Origin: Pseudomonadota bacterium
GTDB taxonomy: Bacteria; Desulfobacterota; Desulfobulbia; Desulfobulbales; CALZHT01
Direction of reading: 5' to 3'
Length of the DNA stretch: 64,000 nt
Assembly: GCA_018823135.1 (NCBI GenBank)
Contig: JAHJJF010000126.1
Span: 14,302-78,301 of the forward strand
Part shown: one piece after another, positions 47,968-56,873 of the stretch
How the letters are laid out: each line of letters starts with the position of its first letter
Numbering within the stretch: the first letter of the stretch is position 1
Notes under the pieces: model-generated
The model's input: the letters and a program-made list of their open reading frames with translations, nothing else
What the model was told of the DNA's origin: nothing
The model's database searches: none
Translations under genes and position numbers: made by a program

Positions 47968-50283
47968 ATGGATAACAAGCCTACCTCAAAATTAACCATT
48001 ATAATAATCATGCCGATTATCGTCCTGCTCGAAATCATGGGCGGCTGCATGTATTATTATCTGCAGCAAAACACCAATTCATTTATCAAATACCGGATAA
48101 CCAGAGAAGCGGAAAGACACCACAATGATATTTACTCACTGATCACCGATCACTATAACCAGCTCTTAATCCACGAACCGACTTTGGATGCTGCCAAAAT
48201 ACATCAGGCTGAAACGATCAGCGAACTTGAGATCTACTTCAGCCTCAATGGATTAACCGGGCAGATTTTTGAAAATAGCTCCCTGCTGTATTCCATTAAC
48301 GGGCCTGTTTCAAAGCCGGGTTATCCAGAAAATTATGCACAAACCTATTCGGAATATTATTCAGAGACACTATTTGCTCCGTGGAACTGGGAAATCAGCG
48401 TAATAGAGAATCCCGCCAATTATCAACGCCTCAGAGAGAGGATTACCCAGGGTCTGTACCTGCTTTTTGCCTCTTACACCATTCTGGCAATAGCCATTAT
48501 TGTTCTGCTCTGGCGCCTTGTGCTCATCCCCCTGAAACAGATCATTACTCCTTTACGCAACAACCAGCTTCCACAATATAAAGGCATAGATGAATTTGAA
48601 TTTTTAAGTAATACCATTGCCAGTGATATTCAAAAAAGACAGGAGGTCGAAGAACGGCTCATCCATCATCAAGTGAATCTCGAAAAAACCGTTTCCCAGC
48701 GAACCCAGGAGCTTGAAGAGGAAATCCTTTGCCGGGAAGAACTTCTCAAAACGCTCAAGAGCCGCGACGCACAACTTGCAGTCTCCCAGACCGTTGCCCG
48801 CCTTGGAAGCTGGGAATGGGACATTCTTTCCAACAAAGTGACATTCTCTGAAGAACTTTTCCGCCTCCTGGGTTTAAATTCCGATGACGACGTACCCACT
48901 TATGATGGCCTGCTTCAGAGGGTCCATGCCGATGACCGCGATGGTTTTGCTCAGGAAATAAAACGAGCTCTGCATGAAAAACAATCGTACCGGATGGATG
49001 TAAAGATGGTCCGAGCCGATGGCACCCAGTGGATAATGGAAGGCAGGGGTTCGGTGACCACCGACGACCAAGGGTCGCCGCTGATGCTCACCAGCACCGC
49101 TCAGGATATTACCGAGAGAAAACTCATGCGCGATGCCTTGCATAAAAAACAAAAATCCGAGGCAATCGGCACCCTGTCCGCAGGTATCGCCCATGACTTC
49201 AATAATGTCTTGAACATGATCTACGGATATCTTGAGGTCATTAATAATAATATCTCGAAAACCGATGCCAACTACGAAAACTTTCAAGGCATCACTTTGT
49301 CCTGCAATCGTGCCTCAGAACTGGTCAAACAAATCCTCATCTATTCAAGACATGATGAGCAGGACAAACGCCCGGTTCTCCTGCAGCCGATAATTGCCGA
49401 AACCCTGCAACTTCATGAAATATCAGTCCCCGACAATATTGAATTCCAGATTCACGTTGATTCGAGCTGCAGAGCGATTGACGCCAACGTCACCCAGATT
49501 CAACAAGTATGCCTGAACCTGCTGCAGAATGCCTGCCAGGCCATGGCAACAAACGGCGGGATCCTCCGAATCGAATTATCGGAAGTTGAAATCACCAATT
49601 CCTTGACCATTACAAATCCCAGATTAATACAGGGAGAAACATACGCAAGACTCACGGTGAGCGATACCGGCCAGGGGATGGACAATGACACCCTTGAAAA
49701 AATATTCAACCCCTACTTCACTACTAAAACTTTCAGCCTGGGAACAGGCCTGGGACTGGCCATAACCCATGGCATTATCGAAAATAATCATGGCGCAATC
49801 ATCGTTGAAAGCGCCCCGGGAAAAGGTTCGACTTTTCATGTTTTCCTGCCTCTTTCCAAGCAGCCGCTGGAACTGGAAAAACTCACTTCAGCAGCCAGGC
49901 CAATGGAAGCGTCGGACTCAAAGCACATCTTGTTCATAGACGATGAAAAGCTCAACACCCAGGTGTGGAGTATTGCCTTGACTCAGGCAGGGTTTCAGGT
50001 CACAACCGAAACTGATGCCAGAAATGCCTTGCGCCTGTTTAAGGCTGCACCGGACCATTTCGACATAGTAATAACCGATCAGAGAATGCCAGAACTTACC
50101 GGGATTGAACTTGCCGGAGAACTCATAAAAATCCGCGCAGATTTACCGATCATCCTTACTTCAGGATGGGACGATTCCATGGATTTCGAAAAAGTTAAAA
50201 ATGTGAAAGGGATTCGCAAGGTAATTTCCAAGCCGCATACCATGGATGTTCTTCTGCAGGCAATATCTTCCTGCCTGGAATAA
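47968..50283 (+). CDS. Hybrid sensor histidine kinase (TM-periplasmic-TM, PAS, HisKA, HATPase, receiver)
   Basis: H-box GIAHDFNNVL, G-boxes DTGQGM and GTGLGL, and a C-terminal receiver (ILFIDDE...ITDQRMP...TSGW). Confidence 0.85.
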   Translation: MDNKPTSKLTIIIIMPIIVLLEIMGGCMYYYLQQNTNSFIKYRITREAERHHNDIYSLITDHYNQLLIHEPTLDAAKIHQAETISELEIYFSLNGLTGQIFENSSLLYSINGPVSKPGYPENYAQTYSEYYSETLFAPWNWEISVIENPANYQRLRERITQGLYLLFASYTILAIAIIVLLWRLVLIPLKQIITPLRNNQLPQYKGIDEFEFLSNTIASDIQKRQEVEERLIHHQVNLEKTVSQRTQELEEEILCREELLKTLKSRDAQLAVSQTVARLGSWEWDILSNKVTFSEELFRLLGLNSDDDVPTYDGLLQRVHADDRDGFAQEIKRALHEKQSYRMDVKMVRADGTQWIMEGRGSVTTDDQGSPLMLTSTAQDITERKLMRDALHKKQKSEAIGTLSAGIAHDFNNVLNMIYGYLEVINNNISKTDANYENFQGITLSCNRASELVKQILIYSRHDEQDKRPVLLQPIIAETLQLHEISVPDNIEFQIHVDSSCRAIDANVTQIQQVCLNLLQNACQAMATNGGILRIELSEVEITNSLTITNPRLIQGETYARLTVSDTGQGMDNDTLEKIFNPYFTTKTFSLGTGLGLAITHGIIENNHGAIIVESAPGKGSTFHVFLPLSKQPLELEKLTSAARPMEASDSKHILFIDDEKLNTQVWSIALTQAGFQVTTETDARNALRLFKAAPDHFDIVITDQRMPELTGIELAGELIKIRADLPIILTSGWDDSMDFEKVKNVKGIRKVISKPHTMDVLLQAISSCLE

Positions 50284-50420
50284 TCGATTCAACATAGAAT
50301 TAATTGGTATAAGGTGATTGAGGGGCGATGCTGTTTTACTGCAGTTACACCTGCAACCATGTCAAGGGCAGGAGTGAAGGGAAGAAAACATATGAGTTCA
50401 CCTCCGACATATGAACTTGA

Positions 50421-51572
50421 TCATATCCTGTTCATCACAAAGCCGGCAAGTTCGTTTCCGGTTCGGTAATCAATATCCAGGAATGACATGCCTATATTGA
50501 ATTTATCTTCAGAAGAGGGTTCAACCCGCACAACCGTGCTGGCAAAAAGCTGCTGTTTTTCATCCTGAAGGGTGAACTGAGTCAGTAATCTCGTACCAGG
50601 GGAAATATTGTCGCTGCTTTCAACCATCATCCCCCCCCTGCTGATATCTCTGCATTGAGCAGCATGCATGATATCATCGTTGAATCGCTGCTCTTTAAGT
50701 TTGATATCTCCATGGCAGTCAACACGAACATAGCGTCGTTTGTCTCCGGAAAAAAGAACTATCCTGTTCTTTCCGGCGGCTTTGGCGCTGTACAGAGCGG
50801 AATCGGCAGCCTCGACCAGCCTTTGTGGTGCCGTTGTATCATAGGGATATGAAGCAAGCCCCCCGCTTATGGTAACCTTAAGAACCCGACCCTCATAGAC
50901 GAATCGCGCCTCATCAATCTCCTGCCTGATCCGCTCTCCGATCTCATGGGCATGCACTTTGGGGGTATCAGGGAGCAGAAGGAGTATTTCCTCGCCGCCA
51001 TAACGGACCGCAACATCCTCAATTCTCTTGCGCTTGCGGATGATTTCCGCAACACTTTTTAAGATCAGATCACCGCCCAGGTGTCCGTATGTGTCATTAA
51101 TCAGCTTGAAATTATCCAGGTCAAAGAACAACAGCGATAAATCACTGTGATGCCTTTCGGCGCGAGAAACTTCGCGGGTAAAAACCTCGTTAAATACCCG
51201 ACGATTCAATAAGCCGGTCAATTCATCCAGTTTTGAAAACTGGGCGGTTTTTTCATAGAGATGGATTTCTATTACCTTAGGATTCTTCAAGTACTTGTGA
51301 ACCGTACAGAAATAGTCGCAGATGGCGGTCCTTAAGCTTACCGAGCGGCCCAAATCCGATTTCATCTCAGCATAGTGAAGAATAATTTTCTGCCAGTAAT
51401 TTTCAGCCTCGGCGTTAGAGAGGTCAATGCTTGCCAGAATATTCAGTATAACTGAATAAACAGATTTTCCATGTTCGGCGACAAGTTGCCGCATCTCAAC
51501 CAGCAAACCGTCTTCATCATTTGAAAAGTCTTCAAGGGTCGCAAGTATGGTATCTCGTAAGGTCTGATTCAT
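50421..51572 (-). CDS. Diguanylate cyclase (GGDEF) with a C-terminal PilZ domain
   Basis: RYGGEEI active site with an RIED I-site 5 residues upstream. PilZ motifs RRYVRV and DISRGGM are present. The ATG at 51572 is preferred over the adjacent TTG. Confidence 0.8.
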   Translation of the reverse strand: MNQTLRDTILATLEDFSNDEDGLLVEMRQLVAEHGKSVYSVILNILASIDLSNAEAENYWQKIILHYAEMKSDLGRSVSLRTAICDYFCTVHKYLKNPKVIEIHLYEKTAQFSKLDELTGLLNRRVFNEVFTREVSRAERHHSDLSLLFFDLDNFKLINDTYGHLGGDLILKSVAEIIRKRKRIEDVAVRYGGEEILLLLPDTPKVHAHEIGERIRQEIDEARFVYEGRVLKVTISGGLASYPYDTTAPQRLVEAADSALYSAKAAGKNRIVLFSGDKRRYVRVDCHGDIKLKEQRFNDDIMHAAQCRDISRGGMMVESSDNISPGTRLLTQFTLQDEKQQLFASTVVRVEPSSEDKFNIGMSFLDIDYRTGNELAGFVMNRI

Positions 51573-51960
51573 CAAATTGGTTCTGAAAACTCTTTTTACT
51601 GAGTAAAGGAGGCTATATCGATTAGAAAAAAAACTAACCAGTAAATTCTCTTGCTTGGGGAACTGCTTGAAAACGCCGCCCGTTTAATCATTTTGCGAGC
51701 CAGTTAAGACCCGAAACGATATAGTATTTTTGCTTTATTTTATGCAAAAATCATTCCGCGCCGCATGATATAAATCTTTGAGAAACATATCAAACAGTTA
51801 GAGGCAGTCATGAAAATTGACACAGAAAAGATTATGGGAAGCCGTTCGGAACAACGGAAACTATTACATGATTCCGGAAAAACAAAACTACGAAACTCTA
51901 CAGGTTTATCAGGAATTATACATCACAGAAATTTGAACAGCACCAGCCAGTGCATCCTGT

Positions 51961-52368
51961 TCAAAAATAAAGACGATAATCAAGGATTACAGAGACTGGG
52001 CTCGAGCCGAATTCTGATTTGATTTGCATTCCTTCCGGTTCATGGCCATGGGGCAGACTAATAGCAAGAGAAAGCTCTGATTCATCGGAAAGGGAGAACA
52101 TCAGGTTCATGGCCAGAAGTCTGGAATGGTCCGTCCAGTTGGAAATAGCCAGAAAGCTGCCGTTAAGCAAAGGGGTGAAATCATATCCCATGCCCAGGGC
52201 CGGATAATTCTTCCCAAGATATCTGGTTGTAATATTGCCCGCAATAAGTGCAGTATTCGCCTGGTCGATGTTCCGGTAACCACGGCCATGGACAAGGGGG
52301 AAACAAAATGAATACATTTGCGATGTGCGATTTTTCATGATTTGATAATACATCAACGAAAAGTTCAT
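51961..52368 (-). pseudogene. Possible C-terminal fragment of an outer-membrane beta-barrel protein
   Basis: Alternating amphipathic strands ending in ...VILDYRLYF (terminal Phe). No signal peptide is present. The ORF begins immediately downstream of a strong terminator. Confidence 0.3.
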
Positions 52369-52387
52369 GACAATAAAGTGCAGACAT

Positions 52388-52417
52388 AAAAAAAACCCGG
52401 CATGCCGGGTTTTTTTA
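52388..52417. terminator. Bidirectional rho-independent terminator
   Basis: AAAAAAAA-CCCGGCATGCCGGG-TTTTTTT. Confidence 0.8.
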
Positions 52418-52440
52418 TTAGTATGTTAATTATGCCCAAT

Positions 52441-53046
52441 TCATCTTTTTCGTCGTCGGAAAGCCCCGATTCCGATAAGCCCGGTCCCCAAGAGCAGCAT
52501 TGTCGCCGGTTCAGGTATTGAAGCCATGCCGTGATTGGTAATCGATGCTTGGACCATCACCGTGTTACCACTGATAATTCCAAAAACATCAAGAAAATCG
52601 ACACTGATATCATTACCGAAAAGACTGAAATTATGAGGTAATGGCGGCCTGTCCCAGAGTATAGCCCCCGCGGTAAATGACCCGCTAAAGGCGACTGCCG
52701 CAGCGGAAGCTTCCGCTGTTGTATCAGCAGTTACGAGCGGCGAATCAAAAGCAAGTGTTGCCTCCACATCTGCAGATACAAATCCTGTTCCACCTAAAGT
52801 GATCCAGAAAAAATCAATAACTCTGGATTCTCCGTCATTCAGAGTAAAAATTTCCGCGTCCAAAGTGGATGCGAGAGCTGCGTTAAGTGTCAGTGGGTCT
52901 TTTGGATCAGATACGACAAATAGATTACTGAAAGAAAATGATGAATCCGGATCGTCCGCCACATCAAATGTTACTGGTGTTGCCGACGCGAGACTTGAGA
53001 ATAATAAGGCACAGGTGCCTATTGCAAATATGAGCAGTTTTTTCAT
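52441..53046 (-). CDS. PEP-CTERM sorting-domain secreted protein
   Basis: Signal peptide MKKLLIFAIGTCALLFSSLASA. The C-terminus is IPEPATMLLLGTGLIGIGAFRRRKR. AGGAGGG precedes the ATG at 53046. Confidence 0.85.
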   Translation of the reverse strand: MKKLLIFAIGTCALLFSSLASATPVTFDVADDPDSSFSFSNLFVVSDPKDPLTLNAALASTLDAEIFTLNDGESRVIDFFWITLGGTGFVSADVEATLAFDSPLVTADTTAEASAAAVAFSGSFTAGAILWDRPPLPHNFSLFGNDISVDFLDVFGIISGNTVMVQASITNHGMASIPEPATMLLLGTGLIGIGAFRRRKR

Positions 53047-53120
53047 GGCTCCCTCCTTTCCTTCAATAAAATTCAACGCTCCACTGCACTGAGACGGAAT
53101 AAATCTAACAAGCTGATAAT

Positions 53121-53137
53121 ATGCAAAAATCGAGCCT
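53121..53137 (-). promoter_or_regulatory. Sigma-54-type -24/-12 promoter upstream of the PEP-CTERM gene
   Basis: The minus strand reads AGGCTCGATTTTTGCAT, with GG and GC at consensus spacing and a TTGCA -12 element. It lies about 75-90 nt upstream of the start. Confidence 0.5.
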
Positions 53138-53279
53138 TTTTAGGCGAAAAACATTTTGCTTTTTATTACAGGTAGTTATCAGATTATAGGATATAAGCCG
53201 AAGAGTTCGGATTCCAGAAAACCGAACAAATTCGTTCGCGATCACGGAAACCTGACAACCAAAAGGCGTCCAACGCAAC

Positions 53280-53310
53280 AAAAAAAGGCCCCCCAAAAAT
53301 CGGGAGGCCT
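53280..53310 (-). terminator. Rho-independent terminator after the cytochrome operon
   Basis: The minus strand reads AGGCCTCCCGATTTTTGGGGGGCCT followed by TTTTTTT. Confidence 0.75.
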
Positions 53311-53343
53311 AGAGTAGCAATATTGCTCGTTATCGAAATAAAC

Positions 53344-53907
53344 CTACTGCTTGGGATGACACCGCTTGCAATGCTGTATAGAGGTAACACTGAAGGCCTT
53401 ATGACCGTTATGGCAGTTGCCGCAGTATTTGCCCTTTTTCATTTCATCCATGGTGAGATGGCCTTTTTTTACGACATTTTTCCCCACCTTCATAAGGAAC
53501 ACCTTGGGATGGCACTCCACACAGCGCAATTGCTCACGCTCGGTGTGTTTTTTATGGCTGAAAACCGCAGACACCTTGCCATCAGGGGCATCCATGGAAA
53601 AATCATCGGGGAAATAGCCGTGCTGGACCATTTGCTCCATGGCCTTGGCTTTATCCTTTTTGGCGTCCTGCTTATTTTTCTCAGCATCGGCCATGGCTTT
53701 TTCCGCATCCTCAATGGCACGCTCTGCAGCAAGAACCGCTTTTTCCGCCTCGCTTCTCGCCTTTTCAGCCTCCTTCAATGCCTGAGCCGCATACTCGGCT
53801 GAGTCCGACCAGGATATGCGGGGTTGGATCAATACCGCTGTCGAGACAATTGCACAGATTATTGCGGCAGTTGTAATCAATTTCAATATATTATTGCCTG
53901 TTAGCAT
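53344..53907 (-). CDS. Membrane-anchored triheme c-type cytochrome (c7/c3-like) with a long Ala/Glu/Lys-rich helical spacer
   Basis: One N-terminal TM helix, a charged helical region at about aa 37-95, then CVECH, CGNCH and CKRCH. Confidence 0.8.
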   Translation of the reverse strand: MLTGNNILKLITTAAIICAIVSTAVLIQPRISWSDSAEYAAQALKEAEKARSEAEKAVLAAERAIEDAEKAMADAEKNKQDAKKDKAKAMEQMVQHGYFPDDFSMDAPDGKVSAVFSHKKHTEREQLRCVECHPKVFLMKVGKNVVKKGHLTMDEMKKGKYCGNCHNGHKAFSVTSIQHCKRCHPKQ

Positions 53908-53946
53908 AAATTTTCTCCCTTGGTATATAATACCATCAACTCCCGG

Positions 53947-54378
53947 TTATTTATGTTCAACCGTCACATTCGTATCTTCTTTCTCCGGCACGATTTTTCC
54001 TTGCTCGACAAGTTCATTGTAGCCCTTGACGCCGATATGACAGCGGGCGCATTGGGTGGTCGTTGAAAAAGAAATATCGCCATTATGGCATGTTCCGCAG
54101 TATCTTTCGTTACAAAGACTCTGCATATCGAAATCAGCGGTCTCCTGCATGGCCAGCGCTTCCATTTCAAAAGTCTCTTCATGGCACCAGTCGCAATGCA
54201 GACCAAGGTCTTCGGTATGGGCTTTATGGCTGAAAATAACCGCCTTGAGCGGTTTGGTATAAATTATATCACCGCCATGCTCAGGAGCTTCTTCTTCATC
54301 TTCAGCAAACACTGCTGCAGAATTAAGAAAAAACGCTGCTGCAACTGCCAGCAATAAAAGAAATAAAAGTTTTTTCAT
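53947..54378 (-). CDS. Periplasmic triheme c-type cytochrome (c7/c3-like)
   Basis: Signal peptide, then CDWCH, CGTCH and CARCH. The ATG at 54378 follows AAGGTGA. Confidence 0.8.
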   Translation of the reverse strand: MKKLLFLLLLAVAAAFFLNSAAVFAEDEEEAPEHGGDIIYTKPLKAVIFSHKAHTEDLGLHCDWCHEETFEMEALAMQETADFDMQSLCNERYCGTCHNGDISFSTTTQCARCHIGVKGYNELVEQGKIVPEKEDTNVTVEHK

Positions 54379-54478
54379 TTTCTTCACCTTTTATAAGAAT
54401 TCCTGTCCCGGATATTTTTAAATGCCCGTTGAAGCGCATGATCCCGGATCTTTTGCCTATTGATTATCAAATGTATTA

Positions 54479-55279
54479 TTATCTTTCTTCCGCCTGCCTT
54501 CTGAGTTCCCATGGCGAAGATCTGGTTGCCTTCATGTAAAAGACATTGGGCTTGGTACCAGCCTCCGGCCGCAGCACCCATACCTGTTTTTCTATCTGAT
54601 GGACCATTTTATAGATAACATTTTCCGGGTCGGAGACATCACCGAACATCCGGGTTCCGGTTGGACAGGCATTAGCACATGCGGTGAGCTTCTTGCCTTT
54701 TGAAAGACGTGTATCCCAACAGAAATTGCACTTATCAATGGCGTGTACTTCCTCATTGAAGTATCTGGCCTCGTACGGGCAGGCAAGAATACACATCTTG
54801 CAACCGATGCACTTCTTCCTATCCATCATTACAATACCGGTGGTTGGATCCTTGTAAGTAGCTTTGGTCGGACATCCACGGGTGCATGGCGCCTCATTAC
54901 AGTGATTGCAAAGGATCGGGATAAATTCCCGCTGCCTGCCGATGGCATCCGTAACCCTTTTCCGCAGAATTCTGGTCCGGTATCCATAGTCCGGAACATC
55001 ATTGGTTTCTTTGCAGGCGGTTACACATTGTTCACAGTCGATGCAAAGACCCTGTCGAATCACCATACTGTAATGCGGCCGGTAAGGGTATTGCTCTAAA
55101 AAGTCACTCGAGCTTGCAAACGCTTCATTGACATTGGAGACCAGCGACAGCAGTTTGCCGCCGGCAAAAACGCCGGTGACGGCAAAGCCGATTTTTAAAA
55201 ATGCCCTCCGTTCCAGACCGGTGACGGAGCGCAGGCCTTCATCCTTAATTGTATCAAGGTTTATTTTCGAAAACTTCAT
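54479..55279 (-). CDS. Tat-exported 4Fe-4S ferredoxin-type subunit (NrfC/PsrB/DsrO-like)
   Basis: ERRAFLKIGFAVTGVFAGG twin-arginine signal. Cys clusters are CIDCEQCVTAC, CNHCNEAPC, CIGCKMCILACP and CNFC. Confidence 0.85.
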   Translation of the reverse strand: MKFSKINLDTIKDEGLRSVTGLERRAFLKIGFAVTGVFAGGKLLSLVSNVNEAFASSSDFLEQYPYRPHYSMVIRQGLCIDCEQCVTACKETNDVPDYGYRTRILRKRVTDAIGRQREFIPILCNHCNEAPCTRGCPTKATYKDPTTGIVMMDRKKCIGCKMCILACPYEARYFNEEVHAIDKCNFCWDTRLSKGKKLTACANACPTGTRMFGDVSDPENVIYKMVHQIEKQVWVLRPEAGTKPNVFYMKATRSSPWELRRQAEER

Positions 55280-55317
55280 TATATCTATTCCTCCTTAATT
55301 GCTCAGTTCAGAAATCA

Positions 55318-56643
55318 TTAATCGTCACGATCTACCTTGCGAACCCGGTGATGACGCTTGAGGGATTCTTCTTCGGATTCACCTTCCTTCTTGTAGTGAA
55401 TTCCACCACAACCAGGGCAGACATACGCGCCTGGAGGGACGATTTCATGTTTCTGGAACTGATGGCCGTTCAGCATCCTCTCACCTAATAAATAAAAAAC
55501 ACCGGCGAATGAAAGGCCCGCTACCACTACCGAAATTTCATGAAAAGAAGGGGTGTATTCAAGAAGGGAGCTGTACTCATCAACACCAAGTGAATGAAAG
55601 ACCGGAACGATCTGACCGGCAAGCACCAGGTCATAACGCATGAAAAATATGCCGATCATCATAAATGACGATGCAATAAACATCTTCCTGAGGTCCCTGC
55701 CCTCGGACTGAATCAACAGAATAAAAGGAATCACCATGCCCAGCAGTACTTCAGCACCCCAGAAATTAAGGGCATACCTGCCGAGAACAAATGCTTTAAT
55801 GGCTACATATTTTTCAGGGGCGACAACACCGCTGATAATTTTCCATATGGTAAAAAACATGATAATCGCAATCAGCATCGTAGTGAGCTGACACACCGCC
55901 TTGATGCTTCTCTCCATGCGACGGCTCATGATATGCCGGTCGATTCTCCAGGAAATGCAGGTAAACAGAATGATTGCGGCACCGCCTGACATCATTGCCG
56001 AAACAATGAAATAAATCGGCATATAAGGACCGTACCAGAACTCACGACCGTGCAGCATGCCGAACACCGCTCCGAGATTGCTATGGGCCGCAACCCCGAA
56101 GATGACGCCGAACAAACCGAAAATTCTAGACCAGGCGTGATTCTGATCAAGGAGGAAGAAATATTCAATCCCCAGGGCGATCAGATACAGGGTATAGAGA
56201 GTTCCCATCCACCACATATTCGATGTGAGGTTTGGCGAAAACGCATTATAAATCGGCATGCGGAAAGGATTTTCCACATCAAAAAAGATAATAATAAAGC
56301 CGCCGAGCATGAAGGTAATGGAAAGAAATACCGCTCTTTTTGCTATGGGCATATAAGGTTCATAGCCAAAGACATGGCCGATGGATGAAACAAGACAGAG
56401 TCCGGTGGATGTTACAACGCAGAAAATATAGGCAGAAATCAACAGACCCCAGGGGATCTGGCGGGTGACGCCGTAAACATGGCGATACCCGGTAAAAGTA
56501 CCATGCAGGCCAACGGCCAGGCCGTAGAAAACCAGGAGTCCCAACAGGCCAAGAATACCCAGTAAAACCTTATTGGATCGAAAAAGGGCCCCCACCCCGG
56601 TGTACCCCCATCTCTCCGCTGTATCTTTGTGTATTTGAATCAT
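55318..56643 (-). CDS. NrfD/PsrC-family membrane quinone-interacting subunit with a charged C-terminal tail carrying one CPGC motif
   Basis: A polytopic membrane protein. The tail is ...YVCPGCGGIHYKKEGESEEESLKRHHRVRKVDRDD. The ATG at 56643 follows AGAAGGAGAG. Confidence 0.8.
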   Translation of the reverse strand: MIQIHKDTAERWGYTGVGALFRSNKVLLGILGLLGLLVFYGLAVGLHGTFTGYRHVYGVTRQIPWGLLISAYIFCVVTSTGLCLVSSIGHVFGYEPYMPIAKRAVFLSITFMLGGFIIIFFDVENPFRMPIYNAFSPNLTSNMWWMGTLYTLYLIALGIEYFFLLDQNHAWSRIFGLFGVIFGVAAHSNLGAVFGMLHGREFWYGPYMPIYFIVSAMMSGGAAIILFTCISWRIDRHIMSRRMERSIKAVCQLTTMLIAIIMFFTIWKIISGVVAPEKYVAIKAFVLGRYALNFWGAEVLLGMVIPFILLIQSEGRDLRKMFIASSFMMIGIFFMRYDLVLAGQIVPVFHSLGVDEYSSLLEYTPSFHEISVVVAGLSFAGVFYLLGERMLNGHQFQKHEIVPPGAYVCPGCGGIHYKKEGESEEESLKRHHRVRKVDRDD

Positions 56644-56873
56644 TCGTGTTCTCTCCTTCTCTAGTTCTTTTCTGTGATCGGCAAAACCAAAGCCTCGCAC
56701 CCTGCCGGAAAAGAAAATCTCTTTTCTTGTTCCGCCCGGGAAAAAATTTAGTCCCGTCAGAAAATCCGTTCCTTGCGCTCATGCGAGACCGACAAAGATT
56801 AAATAAAAGTGACGCTAATGTTACTTGTTAAGATATACCCCTCCTTTCTTTATTTATTCTTAAGACCAAATAA

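Noticed and set aside
51810-52022. 70-aa plus-strand ORF
   Set aside because: It has no Shine-Dalgarno, a polar low-complexity sequence, and overlaps the putative OMP fragment on the other strand. There is no supporting feature.
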